From contig JAYWGM010000021.1 of assembly GCA_043778225.1 (NCBI GenBank), positions 1-39,355 of the forward strand: a stretch of DNA of 39,355 bases, written 5' to 3'. A program made the translations under genes and the position numbers. Position 1 is the stretch's first letter, and every line of letters begins with the position of its first letter. The stretch comes from Deinococcales bacterium. GTDB lineage: Bacteria > Deinococcota > Deinococci > Deinococcales > JAAFIG01. Below, in pieces: positions 11,392-22,750 of the stretch. The notes under the pieces are model-generated. The model saw only the letters and a program-made list of their open reading frames with translations. It had not been told where the DNA came from and ran no database searches.

Positions 11392-11517
11392 TGTAAAACC
11401 GTGTTTTTTAATAAATGCTGCTGATACCGAATTAACTTAATCACTCTCGTTTGCCTGAAGTGCGGCAAACTGCCGTTCTTGCGTTAAACTCGGTATCGTT
11501 AATACTCCCGTTGGTCG

Positions 11518-11546
11518 GGTAAAGAATCAAAAAGCGATTCTTTACC
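11518..11546 (-). terminator. Hairpin downstream of the MCP gene (putative terminator)
   Basis: 11-bp perfect stem GGTAAAGAATC / GATTCTTTACC, 30 nt after the MCP stop; the U tract is weak. Confidence 0.5.
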
Positions 11547-11576
11547 TTAATTTGGTATGACTTTGTATCAAAAAAA

Positions 11577-13628
11577 TCAGGCTTTGTATTGAGCCGCAAA
11601 ACCTTTTAAGCGTTCGGCGAGGTCAGCCAAGTGCTGGCTGGCGTTTTTGGTGTCCTTGGTACTCTCGAGGTTTTGGCTGGCGCTCTGCTGAATTTGCTGC
11701 ATCGCACTGCCGATTTGTTCCATACCAATGGTGTGTTGTTGCACACTGGCAAAAATCAATTGGGCATTGGTGGCAGCCTCCTGAATGGCTTGCTCGAGGT
11801 TATGAATTGTACTCGAGACTGATTCAATGCTAAATGTTCCAGTTTCGGCACTTTTTAAGCCTTGCTCGGTGGTCATCACAGCCGTGTTGGTGCTGCTCTG
11901 GATTTCTGATAAAATACTCGAGATTTGGGTGGTGGCGTTTTTACTCTGCTCGGCTAAAATTCGTACTTCTTGGGCAACTACGGCAAAGCCCTTACCGTTT
12001 TCGCCCGCCCTTGCAGCTTCGATGGCGGCATTGAGTGCCAGTAAATTGGTTTGGTCTGCCAATTTAGAAACGGTTTGAATAATTTCGCCAATGGCTTGGG
12101 TCTGTTCGGATAACTCGAGGATATTCTGGGCAATCAACTGCACCCGTTCGCGGATGTCGTTCATGCTGACGGTGGCGATTCTGGCGGCTTGGACACCGAC
12201 CGATGCCACTTGGCTGGCAGCCTTGGCGCTGGAATTGACACTGCTGGCATTCTCGGCAATCTGTTGAGCGCTGGCATGGACTTCTTGGACAGTGCTGGTG
12301 GTCTGGTGGACACTGGCGCTTTGCTGGGTGGCACTCGAGGCTTGCTGTCCAGTGGTGGCAAGAATTTCTTGGGCAGCGCTCGAGACTTGGGTAGCGCTGT
12401 TTTGCAGGTCGGCAATCAACTGGGCTAGGCGTTTGGTCATCTTAAAAAAGGCATTGCCAAATTGGTCGTCGGCAGATTCGGGTTGGATTTGCTGGCTAAT
12501 ATCGCCAGCCGCAATTTTTTCGGCAATGGCTGCCATGTTGCGCTGATAAAGAGTCATTTGTTGTAAAGAAATACTGACCACGCCAATTTCGTCTTTGGCA
12601 TTGTCATCAAAGTCTTGTTCAAGGTTGCCTCGTGCTAACTCCCGAGCCATTTCCGCCATCTTCCGAGCGCGGTAGCCAATGCTGTTGGTGATTGAAAAGA
12701 CTGAAATAATCAAAAGTGGCGCAATCAGACTCATGGCGGCTAAAATCGCGGTCAATAAATCCTGACGCTGTTGCACCACCAGTTCTGCCGAAAATGGGAC
12801 ATTGATTTTGCGCTCGAGTTGTACATAAACCGCCAATAAATAAGGCGGAATCGTAAATGCCAAGACAAAAAAGATTGCATTAAAAATGCTGGCATCCCGA
12901 AACCATCTAAAAAATAAAGGCAAGTTTTTACGACTTGACATGATTTCAACTTTACTTGGGTAAAACGCCAAAAATGAAATCCCAAGCAGCCAAAAGTTAT
13001 GGCGTAGCTGTGATGATAAATCCAGATTAATGGGCGAGAAAATACTGGTCAGGAGTTGGGCAAGGCTGACCACGGTCAAGGCTCGGGTGATGCTTTGAAT
13101 AATTTGCCAGTCCAGATTGCGGCTTTGACTAGCAAAGGTGATGCGTAAAAATAAAACTGTTAAAAAAATCGAAGCGCTCTGATAAATTGTTCGCACCAAA
13201 GAGGGCTGAGCTAACCAAGTCAGTAGACCAGACAGTACCGCCGTCAAGAGGATACTCGAGAACAGCAAGCCCCAAGCATGACCTGCTTTGAAAATACCAC
13301 TGCGCTCGAGCCTAAACGGGGTCAACAAGCCGCTAAAAAGCAGGATGACCACACCAAAAATCGTTACTCCGGATACGATGTCTTCATTTGTGGTCAGAAA
13401 CGGTAAAAATTCGCCCAGACCAATAAAGACCAAACCCAAGGCTAGACCACGCAAGGTATTGCGAATTTGGTTTGTTAAATTCTGAGTTGCTGCTAACAGA
13501 AAGTAAACACCAACAAAATCGGCTGTTCCTAAAATCAGTAAACGCGCTTCGGTTGAATCAAAGGCAAAAGCAACAATTGTGGCTAACCACAGCAAACTAA
13601 AGAGCAACAAATTAAGAGGTGAACCCAT
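11577..13628 (-). CDS. Methyl-accepting chemotaxis protein with multi-pass membrane N-terminus and HAMP domain
   Basis: [40 protein letters not shown] signalling hairpin; HAMP-like LARGNL..DEIG; about 9 hydrophobic segments upstream. Confidence 0.93.
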   Translation of the reverse strand: MGSPLNLLLFSLLWLATIVAFAFDSTEARLLILGTADFVGVYFLLAATQNLTNQIRNTLRGLALGLVFIGLGEFLPFLTTNEDIVSGVTIFGVVILLFSGLLTPFRLERSGIFKAGHAWGLLFSSILLTAVLSGLLTWLAQPSLVRTIYQSASIFLTVLFLRITFASQSRNLDWQIIQSITRALTVVSLAQLLTSIFSPINLDLSSQLRHNFWLLGISFLAFYPSKVEIMSSRKNLPLFFRWFRDASIFNAIFFVLAFTIPPYLLAVYVQLERKINVPFSAELVVQQRQDLLTAILAAMSLIAPLLIISVFSITNSIGYRARKMAEMARELARGNLEQDFDDNAKDEIGVVSISLQQMTLYQRNMAAIAEKIAAGDISQQIQPESADDQFGNAFFKMTKRLAQLIADLQNSATQVSSAAQEILATTGQQASSATQQSASVHQTTSTVQEVHASAQQIAENASSVNSSAKAASQVASVGVQAARIATVSMNDIRERVQLIAQNILELSEQTQAIGEIIQTVSKLADQTNLLALNAAIEAARAGENGKGFAVVAQEVRILAEQSKNATTQISSILSEIQSSTNTAVMTTEQGLKSAETGTFSIESVSSTIHNLEQAIQEAATNAQLIFASVQQHTIGMEQIGSAMQQIQQSASQNLESTKDTKNASQHLADLAERLKGFAAQYKA

Positions 13629-13657
13629 TCTTGAATCATAACTTGAAACTTGGTAAC

Positions 13658-15931
13658 TCAGGGTGATTTACGACGTGTCAATGCCAAAGTCTCGAGCAAC
13701 CAGCCTAAAAAGTTGATGCCATAAATTGCCACCAGTGCGAGAATGAGGTATTGCCAGTTGGCTTGTAGGTCGAGCAGAGGCGGTAAGGTTATTAAACCCA
13801 ATGGACTTGAACCTTGTAAGACACTTTCGGCAAGCGGCAACTGCTGGCTTTGAATAGCCAATAAAGCCCCCAACGCCACGGCTGGGGGCAACAATAAAAT
13901 CCCCCATACTTCATCGGCTAAACCTGTACCTGGAATCAATATCGCTCCCAAATGATACAAAATACTGCGCGGTGCGGTTCTTGCGCTGGCGACTCGAGGT
14001 ACAAGCAGCCATAAAATACTCAAAAGCAGCGTGGCTAGAATAAATGCCCCAAGAATCTGCTGCGCCCAGATTGGAACACCAAGCCCAATAGCCAACCAAT
14101 AATTCCAAGGGTCTTGTACCATGCGTCTGAATTCTTGCTCGAGCGTCCCGAAGCGCAATTTGACCAATTCGGCGGCACTGGGAATCTCGAGCATCGGTGT
14201 GCCTTTGCGGTGGGCTGCATGGAAAGCAGCCCGATAGCCAACAATACTCGAGCCTAGGTTTTGGTTGGCAACACTTGAGCCAAGGCTGGCAGCCCGTTGA
14301 AATTCGGCTAAAGAACCGGCATTGTCGCCTCTGGCTGCCAAAATTACCCCTAAATTATTGGCTGCCCCAGCAATCCCTTGGCTGTTGCGGTAGGCAAGGA
14401 TGGCTTTATCGAGGTCGTTGTCGAGATGTAAACCTAAGCCTTGTAAATAACTGCTGGCTGGCTCGGGTACATTATTTAGGGCTTGATAATAACTTGTACC
14501 GCCAACTGTCCCTTGGGTTAAAAAAGGCTGACGCAACCAATTCTGTGCCAAATTGCTGTACTGCCAGACACCAACCCCAATCAAGCTGGCAACCAACAAC
14601 AACAACAACACCAATTTTTCGGTAAAGGTGTGATAAGACGGTAAGGCATGACGCAAACGCGATAATGGCGCTCGAGAAATCGCTCCAAAACGACCACCAT
14701 GCGTGGCTAAGTCTCGAGTTTGCTGCGACCAATACTTCAAAAGCAGCACCAATTGCAACAATAAAAACGAAATCAGGCAGACAATCGCAGCCGCTAAAGC
14801 CACTGCCGATAACCGAGTTAAGCCACTGTCACCAAACTGATAGACTGTACCAGCACTGACATCGCTGATGAATTCACGAATTTGACGTGCCTCGCCAGCA
14901 CGGTTTTGGGTCTCGAGCCAAGCTGCATACTCGAGAAAAACTGTTCCAGACCCCGGAAAATTTGGGGTGGTATCGCGCAGATAACTCAGCCAAGCCTCGG
15001 CGCGTTTTGGATTTTTATTCTTAAATAAAGTTTTGGCGGTTTCAAGAGGATTGCCCCAAGCCACCAAAACTGCCTTAGAGACAGCAAAACCGGGGTCGTA
15101 ACCACTACTTGCGTATTGATTTCTGGCTCGAGTTAAAGCCAAGTCTGCTAATTCTGGCTGATTGGCTTTTTCGAGTTCTTGGGCTAAACGCAAATAGGCA
15201 TAAAACGGCGCACTATCCTCGATGGCTCGAGAAAAAACCGCTTTGGCTTGGCTGGTTTGGTTGGCTTTTTGTAGCGCCATACCTAACTGCACTTTCAAAA
15301 GCGGATTGGTTGGGTCTTGCTCTGAACGCTCGCGCCAAAAATTCACGGCATCGCCAATAACTGGTTGGCGTAAAGCTCGATTGAGTGTTTCTAGCAACGC
15401 TGCCGAGGCTGGAAAGGTCACACGTTCAAGAATTTTCCCGTTCTCGAGCAGAAAAATCTCTTCAATCCCAGGTGCAATCTGCACGGTCGCACGGTAGCCA
15501 GAAGCGGTTGGCTCGAGGCTTTTGACCAAGCCAGACAAATAAAAGCGTTGGGCAATTTTACCTGTGTTGGCATCTTTAGCCACAATCGTGCTGCCATCTG
15601 GAATAAATTCAAGTTGTGGCGGGGTGCGAACCAAAGAGACTGCTTGCAAACCACTCTTGGCAGTCACAGACAGCCGTGAACCCATGACTTTTAACTCGAG
15701 ACTAAAAGCCCCTTGGTCATTGGCTTGAATCGAAGCTGGAACAGCCTTGCCATCGGGCAGCATTGGGCGTGGCTCTAAAAAACTCAAAGCCACTGTGGCA
15801 GTCGGCTTAAATCCTTGTCCACTGAGGGTTGTGCGCCCGTCGGGGGTCGGCAACCATGGGCTGACCTCGAGCGACTGCGCCAAACTCGAGCCGAAAAACA
15901 GCCCGACCAAAAAAACCAATTGCCGAATCAC
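13658..15931 (-). CDS. Membrane protein with signal peptide and TPR-like repeats, function unknown
   Basis: 757-aa ORF with a signal-like N-terminus (..SSLA/Q), TPR-like segments ([18 protein letters not shown]) and several TM helices; GTG start 6 nt after TATTGT. Confidence 0.75.
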   Translation of the reverse strand: MIRQLVFLVGLFFGSSLAQSLEVSPWLPTPDGRTTLSGQGFKPTATVALSFLEPRPMLPDGKAVPASIQANDQGAFSLELKVMGSRLSVTAKSGLQAVSLVRTPPQLEFIPDGSTIVAKDANTGKIAQRFYLSGLVKSLEPTASGYRATVQIAPGIEEIFLLENGKILERVTFPASAALLETLNRALRQPVIGDAVNFWRERSEQDPTNPLLKVQLGMALQKANQTSQAKAVFSRAIEDSAPFYAYLRLAQELEKANQPELADLALTRARNQYASSGYDPGFAVSKAVLVAWGNPLETAKTLFKNKNPKRAEAWLSYLRDTTPNFPGSGTVFLEYAAWLETQNRAGEARQIREFISDVSAGTVYQFGDSGLTRLSAVALAAAIVCLISFLLLQLVLLLKYWSQQTRDLATHGGRFGAISRAPLSRLRHALPSYHTFTEKLVLLLLLVASLIGVGVWQYSNLAQNWLRQPFLTQGTVGGTSYYQALNNVPEPASSYLQGLGLHLDNDLDKAILAYRNSQGIAGAANNLGVILAARGDNAGSLAEFQRAASLGSSVANQNLGSSIVGYRAAFHAAHRKGTPMLEIPSAAELVKLRFGTLEQEFRRMVQDPWNYWLAIGLGVPIWAQQILGAFILATLLLSILWLLVPRVASARTAPRSILYHLGAILIPGTGLADEVWGILLLPPAVALGALLAIQSQQLPLAESVLQGSSPLGLITLPPLLDLQANWQYLILALVAIYGINFLGWLLETLALTRRKSP

Positions 15932-16016
15932 TGTCCGACAATAGCACTTTTGGTCAATGGTTTGAAAAGAAACCGTCCCCCAATTTGTTACGCATTCAAG
16001 ATGCTAGGCTGTTGGC

Positions 16017-17036
16017 ATGGCAAAGACCGATGTACTGATTGTTGGCGCTGGACCTGTAGGCTTATTTGCGGCGTTCTATACCGGAATGCGCGATTTATCA
16101 ATGCGAATTGTAGACCCGCTGCCAGAACCCGGTGGACAACTGACGGCGCTCTATCCAGAAAAATATATTTACGATGTGGCTGGTTTCCCCAAGGTGCGTG
16201 CCAAAGAATTGGTCAAAAATCAAATTGAACAGGTTGCGCCTTTTCACCCAATTTATACCCTTGGTGAACGTGCCGAAAAACTCGAGAAACTCGAGACTGG
16301 TGGCTATGCCCTAACCACCGATAAAGGCAACCGCTTTGAAGCTACTGCCGTGATTATCGCGGGTGGAGTTGGCGCGTTTGAGCCGCGTAAAGTGGTTGCG
16401 CCGGGCATTGCCGAATTTGAAGGCAAGGGCGTACAGTACGCTGTTAAAAACCTCGAGATGTACCGAGGCAAACGAGTCCTCGTGATGGGCGGCGGCGACA
16501 GTGCTGTGGACTGGGTTTTAATGCTCAAAGATGTTGGCGCAGTCGTGACACTGATTCACCGCCGCGATTCGTTTCGCGCTCATGCTGCCACCACCAACCA
16601 AATGATTGCCGCCCACGATGCGGGTGAAATTAAAATCCTCACGCCATTTGAATTGCGCCGACTCGAGGGCAGCGATAAACTCGAGCGAGCCATTATTTTT
16701 AACAACAGCACCCAAGAAGAAACCATTCTCGAGGTAGATGAAGTGTTAAGTATGGTTGGCTATTTATCGAAGCTCGGACCGATTGCCCAATGGGGCTTAG
16801 AACTCGAGGGCAACCGCATTAAGGTTTCTAATGTGATGGAGACCAACTTGGCTGGCGTGTATTCATGTGGCGATATTTGTGTTTATCAAGGCAAGTTAAA
16901 ATTGATTGCAACAGGTTACGGCGAAGCAGCCATTGCAGCTAACCACGCGGCTGTGGCAGCCAACCCAAGCCTTAAATTTGAACCCGGACACTCGAGCGAA
17001 GCCAAAGATGCACCTGGCACAAAGCCAGCTGTGTAG
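16017..17036 (+). CDS. Ferredoxin--NADP+ reductase, TrxB/YumC type
   Basis: [12 protein letters not shown] motif, [39 protein letters not shown] and [10 protein letters not shown]; no CxxC motif. Confidence 0.92.
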   Translation: MAKTDVLIVGAGPVGLFAAFYTGMRDLSMRIVDPLPEPGGQLTALYPEKYIYDVAGFPKVRAKELVKNQIEQVAPFHPIYTLGERAEKLEKLETGGYALTTDKGNRFEATAVIIAGGVGAFEPRKVVAPGIAEFEGKGVQYAVKNLEMYRGKRVLVMGGGDSAVDWVLMLKDVGAVVTLIHRRDSFRAHAATTNQMIAAHDAGEIKILTPFELRRLEGSDKLERAIIFNNSTQEETILEVDEVLSMVGYLSKLGPIAQWGLELEGNRIKVSNVMETNLAGVYSCGDICVYQGKLKLIATGYGEAAIAANHAAVAANPSLKFEPGHSSEAKDAPGTKPAV

Positions 17037-17040
17037 CCCA

Positions 17041-17069
17041 TTGACCAAACTGCTGCCCACTGGTACACT
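17041..17069 (+). promoter_or_regulatory. Sigma70-type promoter of tRNA-Ser
   Basis: TTGACC (17041-17046), 17-bp spacer, extended -10 TG-G-TACACT (17061-17069). Confidence 0.7.
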
Positions 17070-17083
17070 TCTCGCCGCATTAA

Positions 17084-17173
17084 GGAGAGGTGTCCGAGTG
17101 GTTTAAGGAGCACGCCTGGAAAGTGTGTGAACGGGAAACTGTTCCGAGAGTTCGAATCTCTCTCTCTCCGCCA
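17084..17173 (+). tRNA. tRNA-Ser (anticodon GGA)
   Basis: GGAGAGG/TCTCTCC acceptor stem, anticodon arm CACGC-CTGGAAA-GTGTG, long variable arm, GTTCGAATC T-loop, encoded CCA; 90 nt. Confidence 0.96.
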
Positions 17174-17192
17174 TACAGCACAGCGTAAATCA

Positions 17193-17231
17193 AATCACGC
17201 CTCGAGGCTAAAAACTGCTCGAGGCGTGATT
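17193..17231 (+). terminator. Hairpin after tRNA-Ser, with CTCGAG in both arms
   Basis: 14-bp perfect stem AATCACGCCTCGAG / CTCGAGGCGTGATT. Confidence 0.65.
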
Positions 17232-17344
17232 CGTTGGCTATAGGATTTTTGTTGGCTAATGATTTGCCCTCTCGTTAAAAGCTGTCTACACATCTAGCCC
17301 AATTCTCGAGCCAAGCTGTATCACTCGAGTATCCTACTGCCCTT

Positions 17345-18235
17345 ATGATGATTGTAGAAACTGGCACACTCAAGATAAAAACTGGCTTCTCGGAAATGTT
17401 CAAGGGCGGAGTGATTATGGATGTGGTCACGCCCGACCAAGCCCGAATTGCCGAAGACGCTGGTGCAACCGCTGTGATGGCACTCGAGCGCGTTCCAGCC
17501 GATATTCGCCGTGATGGTGGGGTAGCGCGGATGTCCGACCCAGACATGATTGTTGGCATTATCGAGGCGGTCAGTATTCCAGTCATGGCAAAGTGCCGCA
17601 TTGGGCATTTTGTTGAAGCCCAAATTTTACAATCTTTAGGGGTGGACTTTATTGATGAATCCGAAGTTCTCACCCCAGCCGATAATGCCTACCATGTCAA
17701 TAAACAAGATTTCAAAGTGCCGTTTGTCTGCGGAAGCCGTAACCTTGGCGAAGCCCTGCGGCGGATTGCCGAAGGCGCAGCCATGATTCGTACCAAAGGC
17801 GAACCGGGAACGGGCGATGTGGTCGAGGCGGTCACTCATGCCCGTTTAATCACTGGCGAAATTCGCAGAATCCATGCGATGCGCGAAGACGAATTGATGG
17901 CGGCGGCTCGAGACATGGCAGCCCCATTTGAACTGGTGCGCTATGTCTGGGCAAATGGCAAACTGCCTGTGCCAAACTTTGCGGCGGGTGGCATTGCCAC
18001 CCCAGCCGATGCAGCCCTAATGATGCAGCTCGGCATGGATGGCGTTTTTGTCGGTAGTGGAATTTTCAAAAGTGGCGACCCAGTAAAACGTGCCCAAGCA
18101 ATTGTCAAAGCCACGACCCACTACAACGACCCAGAAATGCTGGCTTCGGTCAGCCGTAACCTAGGCGAAGCGATGGTCGGTATTCAGGTTGTGGCATTGA
18201 CCCCAGAAGAAAAAATGGCTGTTCGCGGTTGGTAA
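17345..18235 (+). CDS. pdxS: Pyridoxal 5'-phosphate synthase, lyase subunit
   Basis: [41 protein letters not shown] and [19 protein letters not shown]. Confidence 0.98.
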   Translation: MMIVETGTLKIKTGFSEMFKGGVIMDVVTPDQARIAEDAGATAVMALERVPADIRRDGGVARMSDPDMIVGIIEAVSIPVMAKCRIGHFVEAQILQSLGVDFIDESEVLTPADNAYHVNKQDFKVPFVCGSRNLGEALRRIAEGAAMIRTKGEPGTGDVVEAVTHARLITGEIRRIHAMREDELMAAARDMAAPFELVRYVWANGKLPVPNFAAGGIATPADAALMMQLGMDGVFVGSGIFKSGDPVKRAQAIVKATTHYNDPEMLASVSRNLGEAMVGIQVVALTPEEKMAVRGW

Positions 18236-18244
18236 AAAAGTATT

Positions 18245-18284
18245 CCGTAGGGCGACCGAGCGTCTAGCGACGGGGGTCGCCCTG
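18245..18284 (+). repeat. GTAG-type REP-like hairpin between pdxS and pdxT
   Basis: CCGTAGGGCGACC-(17 nt)-GGTCGCCCT followed by T residues. Confidence 0.5.
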
Positions 18285-18302
18285 TTTTTATTTGGAGGAA
18301 AC

Positions 18303-18875
18303 ATGAAGATTGGCGTTCTCGCCCTACAAGGTGCATTTCGTGAGCATAGAATCATGCTCGAGAGCCTTGGTTGCCAAGTCACAGAGGTACGACTGCCCAA
18401 GCATCTTTTAGGTTTAGACGGCATTGTCTTTCCGGGTGGCGAAAGCACAACCATCGGCAAACTGATGGTGCATTATGGGTTTATCGAAGCACTGACCGAT
18501 TTTTACCACCATGGTGGAGCGATATTTGCGACTTGCGCGGGGGCAATTTTACTGGCTACCGATATTGCCGATTCTGACCAGCCCAGACTTGGCTTACTCG
18601 AGATGCGGGTTAAGCGCAATGCCTTTGGGCGACAAGTGGACAGTTTCCAAACGCCGTTAATCATTCAGGGTCTCGAGCAGCCTTTTCCAGCCCTGTTTAT
18701 TCGCGCTCCGATTCTTAGGTCGGTTGGTGCGGGTGTGGAAGTGCTGGCTGAGTATGAGCATCAAATTGTCTTGGCACGAAAAGGTCGGCTGCTTGCCTCG
18801 AGCTTTCATCCTGAATTGACTGCCGACACGCGCCTGCACCAGTTTTTTCTCGAGTCTGTGGTTAAAAGTGCCTGA
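18303..18875 (+). CDS. pdxT: Pyridoxal 5'-phosphate synthase, glutaminase subunit
   Basis: GVLALQGAF.EH, PGGESTT, TCAG, RNAFGRQVDSF and FHPE; GGAGG SD. Confidence 0.97.
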   Translation: MKIGVLALQGAFREHRIMLESLGCQVTEVRLPKHLLGLDGIVFPGGESTTIGKLMVHYGFIEALTDFYHHGGAIFATCAGAILLATDIADSDQPRLGLLEMRVKRNAFGRQVDSFQTPLIIQGLEQPFPALFIRAPILRSVGAGVEVLAEYEHQIVLARKGRLLASSFHPELTADTRLHQFFLESVVKSA

Positions 18876-18940
18876 ATGACGTTCGAGAAGCAATTTTTGT
18901 GCTTTTGCCTTTGTTCTGGTTTTCGGCTAGACTGACCAGT

Positions 18941-19780
18941 ATGAATTGGCGTAATTTCCGAAAGAGTGGCAATGTCGAAGACCGACGTGGTGGCGGGGCG
19001 GCTCGAGCCGGTGGTCTGGGCATTGGTGGAATCATTATTGCTGTGATTGCCAGTCTGGTTTTTGGAGTCAATCCAGCCCAAGTGCTTGGCTTATTGGGCG
19101 GCGCTAACCCCAGAGTCTCGAGTACGGGTAGCGCTAACCTCAACGACCGAGACCGACAATTTGCCGAAAGTATTCTGGGTAAAACCGAGGATGTTTGGGG
19201 GGCAATTTTTAAGCGAGAAAACCAGACTTATCAGCCAGCCAAATTGGTGCTTTTTTCTGGGCAAGACCAAAGTGCTTGTGGCGCGGCAGAAGCTGCCATG
19301 GGTCCTTTCTACTGCCCAAGCGATCAAACCATCTATATTGACATGACTTTTTTTCAAGAGTTGCGCGGCACATCGAATTCTGATTTTGCACAGGCGTATG
19401 TACTGGCGCACGAAGTCGGGCATCATGTCCAGAATGTCTTGGGTATCTCGAGCCAAGTTCGGGCGCAACGCGCCAAATCGGATAAAGTCACCAGCAATAA
19501 CTTATCGGTGCGCCTAGAACTCCAAGCCGATTGCTTTGCTGGCATTTGGGGTAACGCTACGGCTACCGACCGAGCAGCCAACATCACCGAAAAAGAAGTT
19601 CGGGCAGCCCTCGAGACGGCGGCTGAAATTGGTGACGACGTGCTGCAACGCCAAGCTGGGCGAGTCGCAAATCCACACACTTTTACCCACGGTAGTGCCG
19701 CCCAACGTCAACAGTGGTTTGCCCGTGGCTTACAGAGTGGCAGTCCAGACCAATGCGATACCTTTAAGGGCAAAATTTGA
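18941..19780 (+). CDS. Neutral zinc metallopeptidase (YpfJ-like)
   Basis: S.NVEDRR, one TM helix, GPFYCP.D, AHEVGHHVQ, ELQADCFAG and FTHGS..QR. Start at ATG 18941, 7 nt after TAGACT. Confidence 0.93.
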   Translation: MNWRNFRKSGNVEDRRGGGAARAGGLGIGGIIIAVIASLVFGVNPAQVLGLLGGANPRVSSTGSANLNDRDRQFAESILGKTEDVWGAIFKRENQTYQPAKLVLFSGQDQSACGAAEAAMGPFYCPSDQTIYIDMTFFQELRGTSNSDFAQAYVLAHEVGHHVQNVLGISSQVRAQRAKSDKVTSNNLSVRLELQADCFAGIWGNATATDRAANITEKEVRAALETAAEIGDDVLQRQAGRVANPHTFTHGSAAQRQQWFARGLQSGSPDQCDTFKGKI

Positions 19781-19838
19781 GCATGGTGGGGTTTGGTCAC
19801 ACTGTTGAGGGCTTTGAAGGTGTAGACTGGCGGGCGGA

Positions 19839-20270
19839 ATGAATCAGATTCGCTTAGCTTCGACAAAAGATGAAACGTACTTAAAGACCTCTATCCAAGC
19901 CGCATACCACGAGTATCCGCGCTTGATTGCTAAAGGCAATGGTTCACTCGAGTTGGCGGTTGAAACTGTCCTCGAGAATGTGGCTGCCGAAGGCTTTGCC
20001 CATGTCGCCGAAAGCAACGGTAAGATGTTGGGTGTCTCGTGGTGGTTGCCCGAAAACCCCGATGAAATGTCGGTGGCGTACTATGTTGAACCCGATGCGC
20101 GTAAAAATGGTGTTGCGACCCAACTTTTGGAGGCTGGCTTGTCCGAAGCCAAAGCCCGTGGCGCTCGCAGCAGCCTGATTAAAACCCATCCCGAAAATGC
20201 TGCCAGCATCTCTTTGGCACGCAAAGTCGGCTTTGAGCCTGTCGTGGCGTTGCTGCGCCAAGCCCTGTAA
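19839..20270 (+). CDS. GNAT family N-acetyltransferase
   Basis: [16 protein letters not shown] acetyl-CoA motif A; N.AS..L.RK.GF motif B. Confidence 0.85.
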   Translation: MNQIRLASTKDETYLKTSIQAAYHEYPRLIAKGNGSLELAVETVLENVAAEGFAHVAESNGKMLGVSWWLPENPDEMSVAYYVEPDARKNGVATQLLEAGLSEAKARGARSSLIKTHPENAASISLARKVGFEPVVALLRQAL

Positions 20271-20560
20271 TGTCAGGAACAATACTCGAGTCACGCTTGC
20301 GGATGGCTGCATTGGTCAGTGGTCGTGTCCAAGGTGTGGGGTATCGGCATTTTGTGCAACGCCAAGCCGAAACCTTGCGTTTAGCCGGGTACACCGAGAA
20401 CCTGTCGGATGGTCGGGTCGAAGTCATTGCCGAAGGTGAAAAAACTGACCTCGAGCAATTGCTGCATTATCTTAAACAAGGCTCGACTCATGCGGTGGTC
20501 AAAAGCGTTGAGGTGCAATGGGCAGAAGCTACCGGTTTACGTGGTTTTTTTGTCTATTGA
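20270..20560 (+). CDS. acyP: Acylphosphatase
   Basis: [11 protein letters not shown] and G...N..DGRVEV; TAATG stop/start overlap with the GNAT gene. Confidence 0.93.
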   Translation: MSGTILESRLRMAALVSGRVQGVGYRHFVQRQAETLRLAGYTENLSDGRVEVIAEGEKTDLEQLLHYLKQGSTHAVVKSVEVQWAEATGLRGFFVY

Positions 20561-22225
20561 CTTCTTTTTGGCGTACCCGACAAAATTTTCCACAGACCAC
20601 GTATTGATGCAGCGCTCGGTGGTTACAGCCCCTTTTTGAGCAGCCTGAATCCCATAAACTAAATCCAAATAGCCTGCGGTGCTGTGTGCATCGGTGTTGA
20701 CCGCAAAGAGGTTTTTTGGATGCTCGAGAACAATTCGCCAATCCAAGTCTAAGCGGTTTGGGTTGGCATTGATTTCGATGATTGTGCCAGCCTCTCGGGC
20801 AGCCTCGAGAACCGCTTGCATATCAAATTCGTAACTTGGGCGGCGCAGCAATAAACGCCCTGTTGGATGCCCCAAAATAGTTGTAAATGGGTTTTGTACC
20901 GCTTTAACCAGTCTTGCGGTTTGGGCAGCAGCCGACAGCGTAAATTGGCTGTGAATGCTCGAGACCACAAAATCAAAACCAGCTAAAATCTCGTCTGGAT
21001 AATCGAGGCTGCCATCGGATAAAATATCGGATTCGATGCCTTTAAGAATTTGGATGCCAAGATTCTCGGCGTTTAAGGCATCAATCTCGAGCCATTGTTC
21101 TTGGACTCGGGCGATGCTCAGTCCATTGGCATAAAATGCGCTTCTCGAGTGGTCGCAGATGCCCAAGTAACAGATGCCTAAGTCCATGGCTGCCAGTGCC
21201 ATTTGGCGCAGTGTGTGTGAACCATCCGAAGCGTTGGTATGAACGTGCAGCATTCCAAGGATTTGATTTTGTTGCACCAAGTTTGTTGGCAGGATTCGAC
21301 CAAGGTGTTCGGCTTCACGCAGTTCTGGCGGGCGCTCTGCAAGTTCGAGCAGCCTAAAAACATCGCTTTCGCTGGGCGTGGCAAGCGGGTCTGAGCCTCG
21401 AAATAACCCTTGGCTCGAGAGTGCAAAACCCTTGGTTTGGGCAGATGCAAAAGCTGTCTCGAGAAATGGTTTTGAACCAGTCATCACAAAACGCGCCGCG
21501 CCAAGGTTTTGGGCGTTGGTGATACACAATTGTACGCTCAAGCCCTCGAACAAAAAAGCTGATAAGTGCGGATACTGAGTGTCTGGAACTGGATTAAAAG
21601 GCGCTAGGCACTCAAAAATCAGGTCGTGGTCGCCGAGTACAATCAGATCCAAATCGCCAATCGTCTCGAGACCACGGCGCAGACTTCCGGCTGGCTCGAG
21701 CCGCACCGAATCGGGAAATAAGCCAGACAGCTGCACAAAGGCACTTTCGGCACTTTGCTGTAAATGCCTTTCCCCAGACAGCACCACAAATTCGGCTGCC
21801 TCGAGAATTGTTTTTTGCGAACCTAAGCCAAAACCCTTTAAGCTCGCCAACTGACCCGACTGAGCCGCTTCTATCAGCATTGTCAAGCTAAGAATATCGG
21901 CATCCCATAAGACTCGAATTTTTTTTGCCCCAAGCCCACGAACCCGAAATAACTCGAGAACACCTTTTGGAATTTCTTTTTTTAATTCCTCGAGTGGCAT
22001 AAATTGACCAGTCGAATGAAATTCGCTTAAATTGCTTGCCAACTGTACGCCAATACCGCGCACCCCTGTAAATCCTTTGGCTACCAAATCCTCCCAATTG
22101 CCAGTTAAATTGTCCAGCGCCCGTTCAGCAGTCTGATAGGCTCTGGCGCGAAATTCGTTTTCGCCAATTAGCTCGAGTAAACTGGCGGTAAATCCCAAGG
22201 CTTTGACAGCATCTTTTTTGGTCAT
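20537..22225 (-). CDS. polX: DNA polymerase X / PHP 3'-5' exonuclease (non-canonical polymerase site)
   Basis: [16 protein letters not shown] HhH, GSLRR..TIGDLD, TGSK; PHP motifs HVHT..SDG, DHS, GIESDI, HPTGR and NTDAH. Confidence 0.92.
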   Translation of the reverse strand: MTKKDAVKALGFTASLLELIGENEFRARAYQTAERALDNLTGNWEDLVAKGFTGVRGIGVQLASNLSEFHSTGQFMPLEELKKEIPKGVLELFRVRGLGAKKIRVLWDADILSLTMLIEAAQSGQLASLKGFGLGSQKTILEAAEFVVLSGERHLQQSAESAFVQLSGLFPDSVRLEPAGSLRRGLETIGDLDLIVLGDHDLIFECLAPFNPVPDTQYPHLSAFLFEGLSVQLCITNAQNLGAARFVMTGSKPFLETAFASAQTKGFALSSQGLFRGSDPLATPSESDVFRLLELAERPPELREAEHLGRILPTNLVQQNQILGMLHVHTNASDGSHTLRQMALAAMDLGICYLGICDHSRSAFYANGLSIARVQEQWLEIDALNAENLGIQILKGIESDILSDGSLDYPDEILAGFDFVVSSIHSQFTLSAAAQTARLVKAVQNPFTTILGHPTGRLLLRRPSYEFDMQAVLEAAREAGTIIEINANPNRLDLDWRIVLEHPKNLFAVNTDAHSTAGYLDLVYGIQAAQKGAVTTERCINTWSVENFVGYAKKKSIDKKTT

Positions 22226-22328
22226 ATGAAGACAGTATATGCCCAGAAATGGTTTTAAGCCAAAGCGCTTAACGTTTGGGTTAGGGAGAATACATACTCA
22301 ACTCACTTGAGTCTATTACACTCAGATT

Positions 22329-22739
22329 ATGACCTACGAGCAGTTTGAAAATCGCCTCCAAGAAATGGTGGAAATCATTCCAGAGTCTTACTTTAAGAAC
22401 CTCCAAGGGGTACATTGTTTTATTGAACGTAAAGGCGACCCTGAACGCGGCTTGGTAAGGATGGGCGAATATCTTGACCCCGGGTTTGAAAGTTTTATGG
22501 ACTCGAGAATTCATATCGGACGACACATCAACATTTATTATGGCAGTTTTGTAGCCGTTGCCCAGTACAACCCAAATTTTGATTGGGACGAGCAACTTTG
22601 GGAAACCCTAACCCACGAGCTTCAGCACCATTTAGAAAGTCAAGCCAATGACCAAACCTTAATTGAATGGGATAGGCAGCAGCTTGAGAAATTTAGAACT
22701 GCCAAAAATTCTCGAGCGCACTGGCAAGAATTCGCTTAG
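22329..22739 (+). CDS. Small zincin-like metallopeptidase family protein
   Basis: HELQHH (HExxH) preceded by I.IYYGSF and LWETL; ATG 6 nt after TACACT. Confidence 0.75.
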   Translation: MTYEQFENRLQEMVEIIPESYFKNLQGVHCFIERKGDPERGLVRMGEYLDPGFESFMDSRIHIGRHINIYYGSFVAVAQYNPNFDWDEQLWETLTHELQHHLESQANDQTLIEWDRQQLEKFRTAKNSRAHWQEFA

Positions 22740-22750
22740 AATGGAGTAGG

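Noticed and set aside
11298..11468. N-terminal extensions in the ORF track (aroA; also M20, ypfJ, xdhC, lysW, hicB and the 35993 gene)
   Set aside because: The extensions run through intergenic repeats or neighbouring genes. Downstream starts have -10 or SD support and match family N-termini.
14594..14612. (CAA)n microsatellite as a phase-variation tract
   Set aside because: A short trinucleotide run encoding a poly-Leu TM segment; length changes would stay in frame.
17084..17240. tRNA-Ser as a genomic-island attachment site
   Set aside because: No integrase, no duplicated tRNA 3' end seen, and the flanking genes are housekeeping.
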